Origin: a virus
IMG/VR virus record: IMGVR_UViG_3300031231_000003
Location: 32,001 to 96,000 of that record
DNA: 64,000 nucleotides
Strand: one strand, 5' to 3'
The position numbers and the translations under genes are program-made. The notes below the pieces were generated by a model, which worked only from the letters and a program-made list of their open reading frames with translations, made no database searches and was not told the origin of the DNA. Shown in pieces: positions 1 to 10,041 of the stretch (positions are counted from its first letter, which is position 1; each line of letters begins with the position of its first letter).

Positions 1-809
1 TCACTTTCATTTACCAATTCTTCATGCAATTTCTCTCCAGGTCTTGATCCCACTATTTTGATGGGTTTGTTTTCACGTAATTCAGAAAAAATTTCAACTA
101 AATCACCAATTTTCATTGCTGGAAGAATTGGTATCCACGTCTCTCCGTTCTCACCTCGAGCGAGAGTTGTTTGAATCAATGAAACACTTTCATCAAGTGT
201 CATGATAAATCGTGTCATTAATGGATTTGTCACGGTCAAAAATTCCGCATGTTCTAATTGATACTTAAAAAGCGGAATTATGCTACCACGACTTTCAAGT
301 ACATTTCCATACCTAGTACATAAGAATTTTGTTCCCCCGTTCGCTGCTACGGAACCATATTTTTGACTTGTGACAACTCGTTCAGATATCGCTTTACACA
401 TTCCATAAGAATTTACGGGCGAACAGCTTTTATCGGTCGATACAAATAACACCTTCTTGGGAAAGAACCTGCAATTATTGACGGCACGAATGACGTTCTG
501 AGTGCCAGTCAAGTTTGTCGCTATGCTTTCGCCGGGAGATATTTCGCATGTATCAACCTGTTTCAAGGCCGCCGCAATGATGACATTATCGGGACGTTCC
601 TCATTCAATGTTTGCAAAATCTTGTCGTAATCACGAACGTCACCAACAATGAACTTAACGTTCGTAATGTTCCTAACTTTGAGTTCGTTTCTCAACGTCC
701 AATGCTTACTTTCATCACGTGAATAAACAATGACATCGTTATCACTTTGTAGGCGATCAATGAGTTTCTTACCCAATGATCCCGTACCGCCAATTATCAG
801 GTACTTCAT
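1..809 (-). CDS. UDP-GlcNAc 4,6-dehydratase / polysaccharide biosynthesis protein (CapD/PseB-like SDR), runs off the window edge
   Basis: Not in the ORF track; manual translation from ATG at 809 gives MKYLIIGGTGSLG..SRDESKH..GDVRD..AAALKQVDTCE..STDKSCSPVNSYGMCK..TRYGNVLESRGSIIP..MTRF..RPGEKLHEEL. Confidence 0.9.
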   Translation of the reverse strand, partial: MKYLIIGGTGSLGKKLIDRLQSDNDVIVYSRDESKHWTLRNELKVRNITNVKFIVGDVRDYDKILQTLNEERPDNVIIAAALKQVDTCEISPGESIATNLTGTQNVIRAVNNCRFFPKKVLFVSTDKSCSPVNSYGMCKAISERVVTSQKYGSVAANGGTKFLCTRYGNVLESRGSIIPLFKYQLEHAEFLTVTNPLMTRFIMTLDESVSLIQTTLARGENGETWIPILPAMKIGDLVEIFSELRENKPIKIVGSRPGEKLHEELVNES

Positions 810-860
810 CTCAATTCATTTTATTCAAGAGAAACGAGTTGTATATTTGAGATGGTTTAA

Positions 861-1463
861 ATGGCAAAATTCAACAGATCAGAAATGCTTCAATTCGCAC
901 TCGATAGCATCGTAACGAGTGAAGATCGTTCCTACCTTGAGATCGGGTGTAAGAATGATAGCACGTTCGCGAACATTCGGGCTGCGAAGAAAATTGGTGT
1001 CGATCCTGTTTCAGGTGGTACACATAGAATGCTATCAGATGATTTCTTTGCAACCAACAAAGAAACGTTTGATTTAGTGTTCATTGACGGTGATCATACG
1101 GCAGAACAGGTACTCACTGATTTTTTGAACGCGTGGAATGTTTTGAACAAGGGTGGCATCATTGCAATGCACGATTGTAATCCAGCAACTAGGGAACTCG
1201 AAGAACGAGAAGCTTGTGGAACCGCTTGGAAAACCGCATACACATTAAAAGATGTAGGACTTGACATGTTGATCGGTAATTTCGATCACGGACTAACGTT
1301 CGTAAAGATCAAACATCAACCAACCGATGGAATGACTCAAATCATCGGTGAGACATTCAATGAATTCATTCAAATGACGTACGACGATCTAGAAAAGATC
1401 AGAGAAACGAGCACGGTCGATGAAATCAAGGACTGGTTGATTCCAAAAGGATATGCTTTGTGA
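861..1463 (+). CDS. Class I SAM-dependent methyltransferase (Methyltransf_24-like)
   Basis: YLEIG, GVDP, FDLVFIDGDH and GGIIAMHD motifs. Confidence 0.85.
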   Translation: MAKFNRSEMLQFALDSIVTSEDRSYLEIGCKNDSTFANIRAAKKIGVDPVSGGTHRMLSDDFFATNKETFDLVFIDGDHTAEQVLTDFLNAWNVLNKGGIIAMHDCNPATRELEEREACGTAWKTAYTLKDVGLDMLIGNFDHGLTFVKIKHQPTDGMTQIIGETFNEFIQMTYDDLEKIRETSTVDEIKDWLIPKGYAL

Positions 1464-2266
1464 TTCACTACCACACATTTTGCTGTGATCTAACGTACAA
1501 ACATGCGATACGTTGCATTGAACTTGCAAAGTACCTATCGGATACGTCAATCAAGTACGTTGCCTGGACTCTGAACATGTCGGATGACAACATCAAAAAG
1601 TTGTCTGACGCGGGATGGGAAATTCATCGTGTCAAGAAAACGTCATGGAACGGAATGGGAGGAAGTGTTCAACATGGTGAGGGGATGCTTGAATGTTTTC
1701 GTTCTCTAGATTGTTCTACCACGAATATCATTTCCGATAGTGACATTTACCTGATGTTCGACGGTTGGGATTCAAGCGTTCTAGAAAGACTTGATCAAGT
1801 AGATTGCATCGGTATTGGCTACGAAGACAGTTCAATTCGTGTTGGTAAACAATTTCCCATCAACGCATTTAGATCGCAGCCGGGAATTATGTGGTTAGCA
1901 TTAAAACGTGATCTACCCTGGAATCAATTCGACCCTCGACCGAACAAGTCAGATACAACACCTCTCACGGTTGGTGAACGAAAATTGTACGGTCTTCCAG
2001 CAGGTGTCGAACTTCTCAGAGACACGGGATGGCAAATTCCACAATTCCTGAAAGATAATTCGTTGACTGGAGAAAAATTCGGAGGCCCGTATTGGAATTC
2101 TAGCACGACGGACGTCAAACCTCGAATCAAGGTTGATGGCGATGATTACTACGATGAATACCACATTGACAACGATCCATTTCTTGTACATGTCAAGTCG
2201 GGACGCCGTCGAGATGGGGATGAAATCTTTGTAAAGGTCAATAAATTGATCGGGAGAACCTCCTGA
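1460..2266 (+). CDS. Putative glycosyltransferase (GT-A-like)
   Basis: QHGEG..., DSD (DxD) motif, DTGW motif; glycosylation-island context. Confidence 0.55.
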   Translation: MIHYHTFCCDLTYKHAIRCIELAKYLSDTSIKYVAWTLNMSDDNIKKLSDAGWEIHRVKKTSWNGMGGSVQHGEGMLECFRSLDCSTTNIISDSDIYLMFDGWDSSVLERLDQVDCIGIGYEDSSIRVGKQFPINAFRSQPGIMWLALKRDLPWNQFDPRPNKSDTTPLTVGERKLYGLPAGVELLRDTGWQIPQFLKDNSLTGEKFGGPYWNSSTTDVKPRIKVDGDDYYDEYHIDNDPFLVHVKSGRRRDGDEIFVKVNKLIGRTS

Positions 2267-3021
2267 TGCAAAAAATCGTGATCGCTACAATGTTCCAGGG
2301 GGAAGAAATCATTCGTACGTGCCTCAATACGATTCGTTTACAACAAAACGTAAAGATCGTCGAGCATCATTTGATTTCACAACCTGAATCACAAAATGAC
2401 GCCCATAAGGAACTTTATGAATTCTTCAACAATGCTCCGTCAGATTGCATTCGATTCAAGGTCGATGCAGACATCGTGCTTGCAACCGAACATGTTCTCG
2501 ATCGGATGTGTAAATCAATGAAGGGTGATCCTTTGGGACAATGCGATCCACCCGTAATTGACTTCCTGTCAAATCTCACGATCAAAGCGGGATTGACAAG
2601 CTATGGACAAGCAGTTAAATTCTCTCCTTTCGATCACAACCTTTGGTCGGATAGAAACGTTACCGTGACCAAAACGAATGTCTACGACCTTCAATTCATT
2701 GCCGGAAGCCATGCAAGAATGTCGGATGAAAGAAACGCATTTCAATACGGGCTGCGACGCGGTCTAAAATCGCAATTAGCAATCTACGCCGCTATTGCAA
2801 ATGCGAATTCCATGGAACCGAATCGAACTCGTGAAATTGCGATGAAAGGTTTTGATCTAGCACAATCCGACATGTTCAAGGACTGGCACATGATTGGTAG
2901 TGCTAGAAAGAACGAAGATGCGGGGCCGATTTGTGCGGACAGATCAACGAACGAGTTCGAACGATTGTTTCAAGAATTCATTGTCAAGAATGTAAACGTT
3001 CCAGAACGCACTTGGAGATAA
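2266..3021 (+). CDS. Putative GT2-like glycosyltransferase
   Basis: N-terminal IVIATM..E..IRTCL and a KVDAD DxD motif. Confidence 0.55.
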   Translation: MQKIVIATMFQGEEIIRTCLNTIRLQQNVKIVEHHLISQPESQNDAHKELYEFFNNAPSDCIRFKVDADIVLATEHVLDRMCKSMKGDPLGQCDPPVIDFLSNLTIKAGLTSYGQAVKFSPFDHNLWSDRNVTVTKTNVYDLQFIAGSHARMSDERNAFQYGLRRGLKSQLAIYAAIANANSMEPNRTREIAMKGFDLAQSDMFKDWHMIGSARKNEDAGPICADRSTNEFERLFQEFIVKNVNVPERTWR

Positions 3022-3024
3022 AGT

Positions 3025-3100
3025 TGGTCCGCCCGGTGCGAGTCGAACGCACATCTTTAGCCTTATAAGGACCGACTCTGACCAGTTGAGTTACGAGCGG
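3025..3100 (-). tRNA. tRNA-Ile(UAU) with encoded CCA
   Basis: Minus strand: CCGCTCG/CGGGCGG acceptor stem, ACTC/GAGT D-stem, CT-TAT-AA anticodon loop, GTGCG-TTCGACT-CGCAC T arm, ACCA end; anticodon stem is weak and short. Confidence 0.8.
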
Positions 3101-3106
3101 GAAATT

Positions 3107-3934
3107 TTAAAGTTCTCGTATCATTTGATCGAACGTCGGGATGTTCAATCGTTCGTTCAGATCATGGATCGTTGAAAGTGATCGATCAACACGAATTTCA
3201 TTCTCAATTGGACGAATCTTCATTCGAAGATCGTACCTTTCGTTGAACTTACATAGCATTTCATGCTTTGACAATGTGCTTGAAAACACATGGCGCTTGA
3301 CGTTGTCGTAAAGATCATTCTTGATAATATCATGACAAACATGAGCAAATTCAACATTGGTGATTCCATTCCAGAGATGGTTGGTGAAACCATCAACCTG
3401 TTTTCCTCGTTGAGAAATTGCCCATTCCAGCAAGCTGTGACTTGAATTCAACTCTCGACCGATGATGCTCGTTCTCAAAACCATGCAATTCGAGGGTTCG
3501 CCGAACTTCTTTGAATGTCCATAATCTGTATCGGGATCAAAAATATCCGTCTCAACGTAGGAACCCTTCTTTCCCGAGAATACACAATCAGTCGTAGGAT
3601 GGATCATCTTGATTTCGCGATCCTGACAAACATCAGCGAGATGTAACGGAAACGAAGCATTCAATGAAATGTATGAAGTCTTTGAATATTGCTTTTGAAC
3701 GATTGCACCAATGCAATTGATCAAAAAATCACAATCGGGAATCTGTTTGCCACCTTTTTCATGGTAAAATTCATGAGAAATATTGAATTCGAACGTACCA
3801 TCAAGACGGTCATTCGTTAACTTTCTTACCGATGGTAGGATTTCATATCCTTTCTCTCGAAGAACACGACAGACCGCGTGTCCTAACATTCCGGTTGACC
3901 CGAGGACAACCACACGTTTATTCTTCATCGTCAC
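3107..3934 (-). CDS. rmlD: dTDP-4-dehydrorhamnose reductase-like SDR
   Basis: VLGSTGMLG, INCIG, TTDCVFSG, YGHSK..GE, RTSIIG and WNGIT motifs. Confidence 0.85.
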   Translation of the reverse strand: MTMKNKRVVVLGSTGMLGHAVCRVLREKGYEILPSVRKLTNDRLDGTFEFNISHEFYHEKGGKQIPDCDFLINCIGAIVQKQYSKTSYISLNASFPLHLADVCQDREIKMIHPTTDCVFSGKKGSYVETDIFDPDTDYGHSKKFGEPSNCMVLRTSIIGRELNSSHSLLEWAISQRGKQVDGFTNHLWNGITNVEFAHVCHDIIKNDLYDNVKRHVFSSTLSKHEMLCKFNERYDLRMKIRPIENEIRVDRSLSTIHDLNERLNIPTFDQMIREL

Positions 3935-4018
3935 TCATTCGCTTGATCAAATCGCGTGTCAGGGGCCACAGCAACGTCTTGATAATGATCACAACGACCA
4001 AGATCCAAAAAATGCCTT

Positions 4019-4855
4019 TCACAGCTTTTCAACCCGATCGTACTTGATGATTCGATCAACACGAGTTGGCTTGTAACCCGTTCCAGCGAGATTAGTTGAC
4101 CAGCTACCAGTTACAACGCCGGGATTCGTTTCATGGTGTCCTAATTTTCCATGGTACAACCCCCCGTCAAGTAGACCGATTCGTGGATACCATGAATGGT
4201 ACATCCGCTGAAAATCATTTTCTGTGAACTGCTTGAGTTTTGAAAGTTCTTGAAAGATCTCACACATCGTGTCAAGCTGATTCAGCGAACATAACTTCGT
4301 TAAAAAATTTGTATCGTAAATCTCACCTTCGAGAGGGTTAATTCGAATCTTTTCTTGCGTGACATGGTTGACATGAGCCTCCCAAGCGTACCTTCGACCA
4401 AGAGGATGTTGCAACGTTTTATCGTAAAGATGCTGCGACTTAACATCGTATTCCTGTAACCGAATTGAACCAATATCAGAATTGTTGTTCAACGCGTTTT
4501 CGCAAGCATCGAACTTCTCGATGTCATAGTAGATCAAATCAGATTCCATGACATGGATGTACTTGAAACGTTCTTGATCATCGATCATCGTCTCAAAATT
4601 ATTCAACACGTGATCGATGGCTGACCAATATCCATTGTTCGTGCTTGAACGGTACATGTTTGCAAAATTCTTTTTCAGCATCGAGATCGCACCATCAACC
4701 GTTGAACCGTTGTCGAATACGATGAGATCTCGTTCAATGTTGAAGTTCTTTTTCGCTTGTTCGTTCTTGAGGTTTTCAATCACCTTCACGGAAATATCAT
4801 GACGAGATTTCTCCATTGAACAATTCACGAACAGGTACAAAGTATTCGATGTCAT
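4019..4855 (-). CDS. GT2-like glycosyltransferase
   Basis: VFDNGS, N.G...AI and an ESD variant of DxD. Confidence 0.65.
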   Translation of the reverse strand: MTSNTLYLFVNCSMEKSRHDISVKVIENLKNEQAKKNFNIERDLIVFDNGSTVDGAISMLKKNFANMYRSSTNNGYWSAIDHVLNNFETMIDDQERFKYIHVMESDLIYYDIEKFDACENALNNNSDIGSIRLQEYDVKSQHLYDKTLQHPLGRRYAWEAHVNHVTQEKIRINPLEGEIYDTNFLTKLCSLNQLDTMCEIFQELSKLKQFTENDFQRMYHSWYPRIGLLDGGLYHGKLGHHETNPGVVTGSWSTNLAGTGYKPTRVDRIIKYDRVEKL

Positions 4856-4937
4856 GATTTATAGATCCAATCCTTCGTCCTGAAAATGATCGCTAATACT
4901 ACCACGGGCAGAATGACACAACTCAACGTGTAAAACA

Positions 4938-5855
4938 TTACAAACTAGCAATCAGTCTACGATAAGGCTCGTATCCACCAGGCAATTTCATGTGTTCAAC
5001 GTTCGGAATTGTGGCGAGAGCTCGTGTAACATCAAAATTGATCGCCGATTGCGGAAGAACTTGTTCCGAAATTCCAACAGGTGTAGATACAACTGGAACA
5101 TTCAACAATGCTGCTTCAATCAGACTTTGTGGACCGCCTTCGCATCGAGATGCAACTATGTAAAGATCGGCACATTGCATTAGTTCACAGAGATCTTCGT
5201 GTTTTGGAAGTTCAAAGTAACTGTATGGAATTTTTGCTTTTATCAACCTCTGAATTGCATATTGCCTTCTCCACGCCAGTAAAAGACAATGCAGGTTTGG
5301 ATGCGTTGACGCTTTCATCTTTTCAATCGCGTCAACGAACAAATCTGCACCCTTTTCAAGTTTTGGCAAAAAATTACCCGATTGAATCGAATCTCCTTCA
5401 GTGTCCCGCTGCGCTGAGATCACGATAAAAGCATCCTGAGGCAAGCCATGTTTATCACGCAGTTTTTGCTTCGAAAATGTTGAAGGTTTGTACAAATTTT
5501 GGTTTGCCCAATAATGGATCAGCTCGATCGGTTTGTCCGTCAAAGTTTTCACAAAATCAAGAACACGCTCATTGAACACGTGGTAAACATCCGTGATCTC
5601 ATCACGTGTTGCAAAATCATGACGTTCTTCAACACCGAATTTTTCCTCAACAATATGATGAATAGTGGTGATCACCTTACGTTGTTTCAATAATTCATAG
5701 GGAATTCTTTTGTAACACCAGTCACCCAACAGCCAGATCACATCGGCATCGATGGGATGTTGAACGCTGATGTCGATATTATCCTGATCCCATTCTTTTT
5801 TGAACCTATCAACGATCCAATTCTCTTGAGGGGCTAAAACGAATACTTTGTTCAC
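4938..5855 (-). CDS. GT4 (GT-B) glycosyltransferase
   Basis: EKG.DLF and ADLYIVASRCEGGPQSLIEAALL.VPVVST.VG (E-x7-E). Confidence 0.9.
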   Translation of the reverse strand: MNKVFVLAPQENWIVDRFKKEWDQDNIDISVQHPIDADVIWLLGDWCYKRIPYELLKQRKVITTIHHIVEEKFGVEERHDFATRDEITDVYHVFNERVLDFVKTLTDKPIELIHYWANQNLYKPSTFSKQKLRDKHGLPQDAFIVISAQRDTEGDSIQSGNFLPKLEKGADLFVDAIEKMKASTHPNLHCLLLAWRRQYAIQRLIKAKIPYSYFELPKHEDLCELMQCADLYIVASRCEGGPQSLIEAALLNVPVVSTPVGISEQVLPQSAINFDVTRALATIPNVEHMKLPGGYEPYRRLIASL

Positions 5856-5945
5856 TTAACATCCCAGATCTCTGAAACTTCAATGATTTTTTTTGCTAAC
5901 TTGTAGACAACAACACACCCGATCACGAATGCAACTCGTTTCCCA

Positions 5946-6179
5946 TTAATCAATTTTTTCATTTCTAATGATTCTCACGTTCCTTGTGTAATCAGCATTC
6001 AACGAATACGATGAAAGTCTTTGACGACAATTATGTAGTTCTAAACAATCGTATTCCACTGACGTTCCATAGGATGATACAAATTTCATAGAAACGATCA
6101 ACTCAACTCGATCAATGGATCCCATTGTGTCCCACAACAACAGATCACCCGGCCGAATGTCTCTAAAGGTTAACTTCAT
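5946..6179 (-). CDS. Small 'PGD'-family protein
   Basis: DIRPGDLLLW N-terminus shared with several ORFs in the window; overlaps the GT4 gene end. Confidence 0.6.
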   Translation of the reverse strand: MKLTFRDIRPGDLLLWDTMGSIDRVELIVSMKFVSSYGTSVEYDCLELHNCRQRLSSYSLNADYTRNVRIIRNEKID

Positions 6180-7107
6180 TGATCAACGATTCAAAGATTG
6201 AAATGTACTTTTTCACGACGTTCTTGATATCGATATCGAGATGTTTTCCCAGAGATGATGTTTCGGGGAGTAGAGATATTTGATTGACATCAATGAGAGG
6301 AGGATTTTCGTAATCAATCAACTCGTAAGAGTAGTCTTTTGGTTCCAATAATTGGACACCAAATCCTTGAACGAGTTCTTTCGTTCCACCGAGATTCGAA
6401 CAAATCACGGGAGTTCCCTGCATCAGTGATTCAATCACCGTATTGGGGCAATGATCGAGGTACGCGAGATGGATCATCCAGTCTGACACAGCAAATACCT
6501 GTTCGCAAATTTCATGTGGAAGATTGCCAGTGTAAAAAAGATCATTACCCGAAATTTGTTCGGCATTGTTACCCATAATGATCATGCAGGAGTTTTGATA
6601 GAGGCCGTTCTTCAGATGCCGAAACAGTTCAACGTTTTGTCGTAACCGTTTTTGACCGTGCCAATTAGCGGAACAACAAAAAATCTTGTCGTACGTTTGA
6701 CGTAGTTTGAGAATTTCAGAAGCGATGTCGGATTCATTCTTGATTGGATCAATGTAGATTCCGTTATGGACGACAGAACCTGATCGATTTCCCCACCAAT
6801 GAGTGACCATGTTCTTGTCGAATTCCGATTGCCAGATGACATGATCAACGAACTCATAGCTTCTCTTGATTCCTCGATTCTTGATCTTGAATTCATTCTC
6901 ATCCTTGAACCAAATTCCGTCCAAACGAAGGACGACGGGGGCTTTGTAATCACGAAACGATGTTTCAATGAATGCAAGGACTACATCGTAGTCATTATCA
7001 TCCGCAATGACGTGTCCTTGATTCAATAATTCGGTCGCTAAACGTTGAGCGAAACTATTGGGACCTGTTCGACTTTGAAAATCGCATCCATCGAAAAGAA
7101 CTTTCAT
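6163..7107 (-). CDS. GT4 glycosyltransferase (start likely ATG 7107, MKVLFD)
   Basis: RLDG, WQSEF, VVHNG and DHCPNTVIESLMQGTPVICSNLGGTKELV. Confidence 0.88.
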   Translation of the reverse strand: MKVLFDGCDFQSRTGPNSFAQRLATELLNQGHVIADDNDYDVVLAFIETSFRDYKAPVVLRLDGIWFKDENEFKIKNRGIKRSYEFVDHVIWQSEFDKNMVTHWWGNRSGSVVHNGIYIDPIKNESDIASEILKLRQTYDKIFCCSANWHGQKRLRQNVELFRHLKNGLYQNSCMIIMGNNAEQISGNDLFYTGNLPHEICEQVFAVSDWMIHLAYLDHCPNTVIESLMQGTPVICSNLGGTKELVQGFGVQLLEPKDYSYELIDYENPPLIDVNQISLLPETSSLGKHLDIDIKNVVKKYISIFESLINEVNL

Positions 7108-7343
7108 CGAAAGTACCGAGCGACGCCAAAAGCACAGGCGGCGAAGAAGCAAGCAGTGAATTCGTTCCCTCGGCCGTATACGAATAGACAAATTGTGCAT
7201 CCAGCACAAGCTACGAAAAACCCGAGACCCGTAAAAAACATTCGTGGGGATTTCATCAACGTGTCCCCAACAAACGAGCACGGAGCGAAAGGATGCTCGA
7301 CGTGAACACAACGACGTTGACAATCACGCACATAGTATAGCAA
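7104..7343 (-). CDS. Small membrane protein
   Basis: Two hydrophobic segments; stop overlaps the next ATG; start uncertain. Confidence 0.4.
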   Translation of the reverse strand: MLYYVRDCQRRCVHVEHPFAPCSFVGDTLMKSPRMFFTGLGFFVACAGCTICLFVYGRGNEFTACFFAACAFGVARYFR

Positions 7344-7430
7344 ATTTGATATGCTACCTTGTCAAAATGAACATCGAGCGCCTTACCGCCGCAAAGACAC
7401 ACAACGATCAAACAGAACAAACAAAAAAGA

Positions 7431-7661
7431 TCATAGATGATTCTCTTCTTCACTGTGACCTCCGTATGAAACGTACTTGTCGTACAATCGTCTTGCTTGA
7501 ATCGCAACAATCGTCATGAAACAACCAAAGAACAACGACCACAATGCTTTGCTAGTTGATTCAGAAATCAAAAAGTAAAAGAGGGGTGGTAAAGCACACA
7601 CGATGTAAATCATGATTCGATTCATATCGTTAATTACATCTTCCACGCGAATTTTCATCAA
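7431..7661 (-). CDS. Small membrane protein
   Basis: Two hydrophobic segments, coupled within the operon. Confidence 0.45.
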   Translation of the reverse strand: MMKIRVEDVINDMNRIMIYIVCALPPLFYFLISESTSKALWSLFFGCFMTIVAIQARRLYDKYVSYGGHSEEENHL

Positions 7662-8023
7662 TTCCTCCTTTTAAGGGCTTCGATCACTTCGATCTTGAAA
7701 TCGGTGCCTTCGAACAATGCAAGCATCGTCACAAGATCCTTGTTGTTGATATTCTCGAGCCTTGCTCGTTTATCAAAAATGTTGGGATCGAGCTCTTGAT
7801 TATTGTTAATCAAAATTCCGTCATAGAATTGTTGAGCAACATAATTGCAACATTCGTTCGAGATCTTCAATTCTGCATTCTCAGCGATGAGTTGAACGGT
7901 TCCAAATACGGTTTCGTAGATCGCTAAACACGTTGTTTTGTCAAGAGGTCGACCATCAGTGAACTTCGTTAAATTCTGTGAAAGAAGTCTCGAGAAGGAT
8001 TCGTAAAACGTTTGTTTCACCAT
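7658..8023 (-). CDS. Hypothetical protein
   Basis: 121-aa ORF in operon orientation with normal composition. Confidence 0.7.
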   Translation of the reverse strand: MVKQTFYESFSRLLSQNLTKFTDGRPLDKTTCLAIYETVFGTVQLIAENAELKISNECCNYVAQQFYDGILINNNQELDPNIFDKRARLENINNKDLVTMLALFEGTDFKIEVIEALKRRN

Positions 8024-8034
8024 ACAAATGGATC

Positions 8035-8310
8035 TTACTTCTTTCTTTCAATGCATGTTTGAGAAAGAAGCGAGACATTTGCACGATTCAACAAATCACG
8101 AGCATTCTTCACTTCATGGTAGCAATCAAGCTCAAGTGAGCCGCAAAATTCACCGATGGACGTTTGTGAACACCATTGGTGAGTTTTAATGTATTGTTCA
8201 CGAAGATGAATGGCGTCGAATGCATGCCAGAATGCCCATACTCCAAACACAACTATTCCCAATACCGCTAACCAACCACAAAATCCCACGATTGCTTTTG
8301 CAAACATCAA
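8035..8310 (-). CDS. Hypothetical single-TM, Cys-rich protein
   Basis: N-terminal TM helix, ATGA overlap. Confidence 0.55.
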   Translation of the reverse strand: MMFAKAIVGFCGWLAVLGIVVFGVWAFWHAFDAIHLREQYIKTHQWCSQTSIGEFCGSLELDCYHEVKNARDLLNRANVSLLSQTCIERKK

Positions 8311-9239
8311 ACTTTCTCCATGAATTTCACGTATTCATCAATACAAGAATCCCAGGATTGAAAGTGAGTTGGGTTCTTGGTGAATTTCCTCTCAAGCAAG
8401 ATTTGTTCTAGCTGGTTGAAGCTCTTGAACATGTGATCGGCGCCTGCAAATTCGACCGAACCGCCTCCATCAGAATGGACGTACGTTGGAAGTTCACAGG
8501 TCACGGCTTCGATGATCGAATTCGGACCGGGATCGAACAATGATTCAGAAAAGTAAACATCGTGTTTTCCAAGCTCCTCGCCCAGTTTCTGCCCGCTCAA
8601 CGGGCGAACGATCGTCGAATGCTTGAGATTGCATTGAGTGCGACCAATGAACGTGAACTGGTATTCATCCTTTCGCTTGGCTATGAAGTCCTTGTCGAGC
8701 CACTCAGTGATGTTCCCTGACTTACGACGATTATCACTCCAGTGGTGGGAAACGATGTTCACCTTCCCGTTGTTCAACTTTTCTTGAGGTTTGAAGATGT
8801 CCCTGTCAACCCCGTTGACAATGACCGTATTGTTCTTGCATTTCCATCCTCGATCATCGAAATACCCTCGCAACCATTCAGAAACGAACACTGTTGCATC
8901 GATCATTCCTGAAACCTTGATCAACTTGTCATCTACGTCGGTGGTTCCCTTCCGAGCGTCATTCTCATTCACTCGAAGAACGATCTTCAGCTTATGATTG
9001 TACGTCATCTTGTACATCAAAGCCTGATCGATGCTTATTCCCGTTCCATCGTTATCGAGACCCACGATCAACATTGCATCGGGATTCGCCTTGGGATCAG
9101 TTGGCATGCAAAGAACATGAGATTTATCACCGGCTTTTTCACGTGCTTCAAAGTGGTTGAAAAAGCCGCGCACAAAATTATTTCCCCCGCCGAACGGCCC
9201 AGAACGGTATTGACGATTGATGTAAAGTTTCATTTCCAA
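8307..9239 (-). CDS. GT4 glycosyltransferase
   Basis: GPFGGGN, FVSEWL, IVNGVD..IF and DPGPNSIIEA. Confidence 0.85.
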   Translation of the reverse strand: MEMKLYINRQYRSGPFGGGNNFVRGFFNHFEAREKAGDKSHVLCMPTDPKANPDAMLIVGLDNDGTGISIDQALMYKMTYNHKLKIVLRVNENDARKGTTDVDDKLIKVSGMIDATVFVSEWLRGYFDDRGWKCKNNTVIVNGVDRDIFKPQEKLNNGKVNIVSHHWSDNRRKSGNITEWLDKDFIAKRKDEYQFTFIGRTQCNLKHSTIVRPLSGQKLGEELGKHDVYFSESLFDPGPNSIIEAVTCELPTYVHSDGGGSVEFAGADHMFKSFNQLEQILLERKFTKNPTHFQSWDSCIDEYVKFMEKV

Positions 9240-9460
9240 TCCTTAATCGTTTTCTCGATCTCAAGAAGCGTCAGATCACGTTCTTCAACGTTCGTTTCAT
9301 CCATCAACATTTCGAGCAATTCGTACATTCCTTGATCAAAGGTTGCAATACAATAAACGTTCGTGAGAAATTCATCATTGAATGAACCTTCGTTCGTCAA
9401 ATTTTCGATTATTGTCTGAAGTTTAACGAATTGATCGACCGTTGTTCTAAACGGGATCAT
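9230..9460 (-). CDS. Hypothetical acidic protein
   Basis: Overlap-coupled ORF. Confidence 0.6.
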   Translation of the reverse strand: MIPFRTTVDQFVKLQTIIENLTNEGSFNDEFLTNVYCIATFDQGMYELLEMLMDETNVEERDLTLLEIEKTIKDWK

Positions 9461-9662
9461 TGATGACCCACTTCATGCAAGCTGCACACGCCTTCGTAGA
9501 GTTCTCGGCTTTACCTATGAACCATTTGACACATTCGTTAGTGTCACACCGAAAAACGTTTCCGTCCAGGTGGCTCCATTCTTCGGACGCAATTTCACAA
9601 GGTGTCGGAATGTAGGGCTTAATCTCGCAGGCGAGAATGCAAAATAAAAACAAGAATTTCAT
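9447..9662 (-). CDS. Small putative lipoprotein / Cys-rich protein
   Basis: MKFLFLFCILAC lipobox-like N-terminus. Confidence 0.5.
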   Translation of the reverse strand: MKFLFLFCILACEIKPYIPTPCEIASEEWSHLDGNVFRCDTNECVKWFIGKAENSTKACAACMKWVINDPV

Positions 9663-9810
9663 CGTATTTCACTTGAGATAAATTCACTCGGATGTTCGTG
9701 AATGTACTTTGTATTGCGATTCAGTATGTACACAAAGCTAATCAACGAAAGACAAACATACACCGTTGCTAGCTTCTTTAGATGGATCATCATGACAACG
9801 ATAACACACT

Positions 9811-10041
9811 TCAAGGGCGTATGAAACTTATTTGTCTCGAACCGTGTTCTTTGTCACTAACGTTAAATTCTACACGATCAATCAAGGATCCTGCCACAAA
9901 GATCAACAATGAAATGTAGTCGTACTTTGAAAACTTGTTGTGCTTGAATTCTATCGAACGATCCTGTAAAATGAACTTGTAATCGTATTCCGCAATCAAC
10001 ATTCCGTTAATGAACAACATCGTGCTGATGGGAGATTTCAT
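9811..10041 (-). CDS. Hypothetical protein
   Basis: ATGA overlap with the upstream GT2 gene. Confidence 0.55.
   Translation of the reverse strand: MKSPISTMLFINGMLIAEYDYKFILQDRSIEFKHNKFSKYDYISLLIFVAGSLIDRVEFNVSDKEHGSRQISFIRP

Noticed and set aside
7108-7323. N-terminal extension of the GT4 ORF (likewise 20026-20226, 53521-53706 and 44641-44736)
   Set aside because: The extensions overlap other genes and lack family features; downstream starts fit better.
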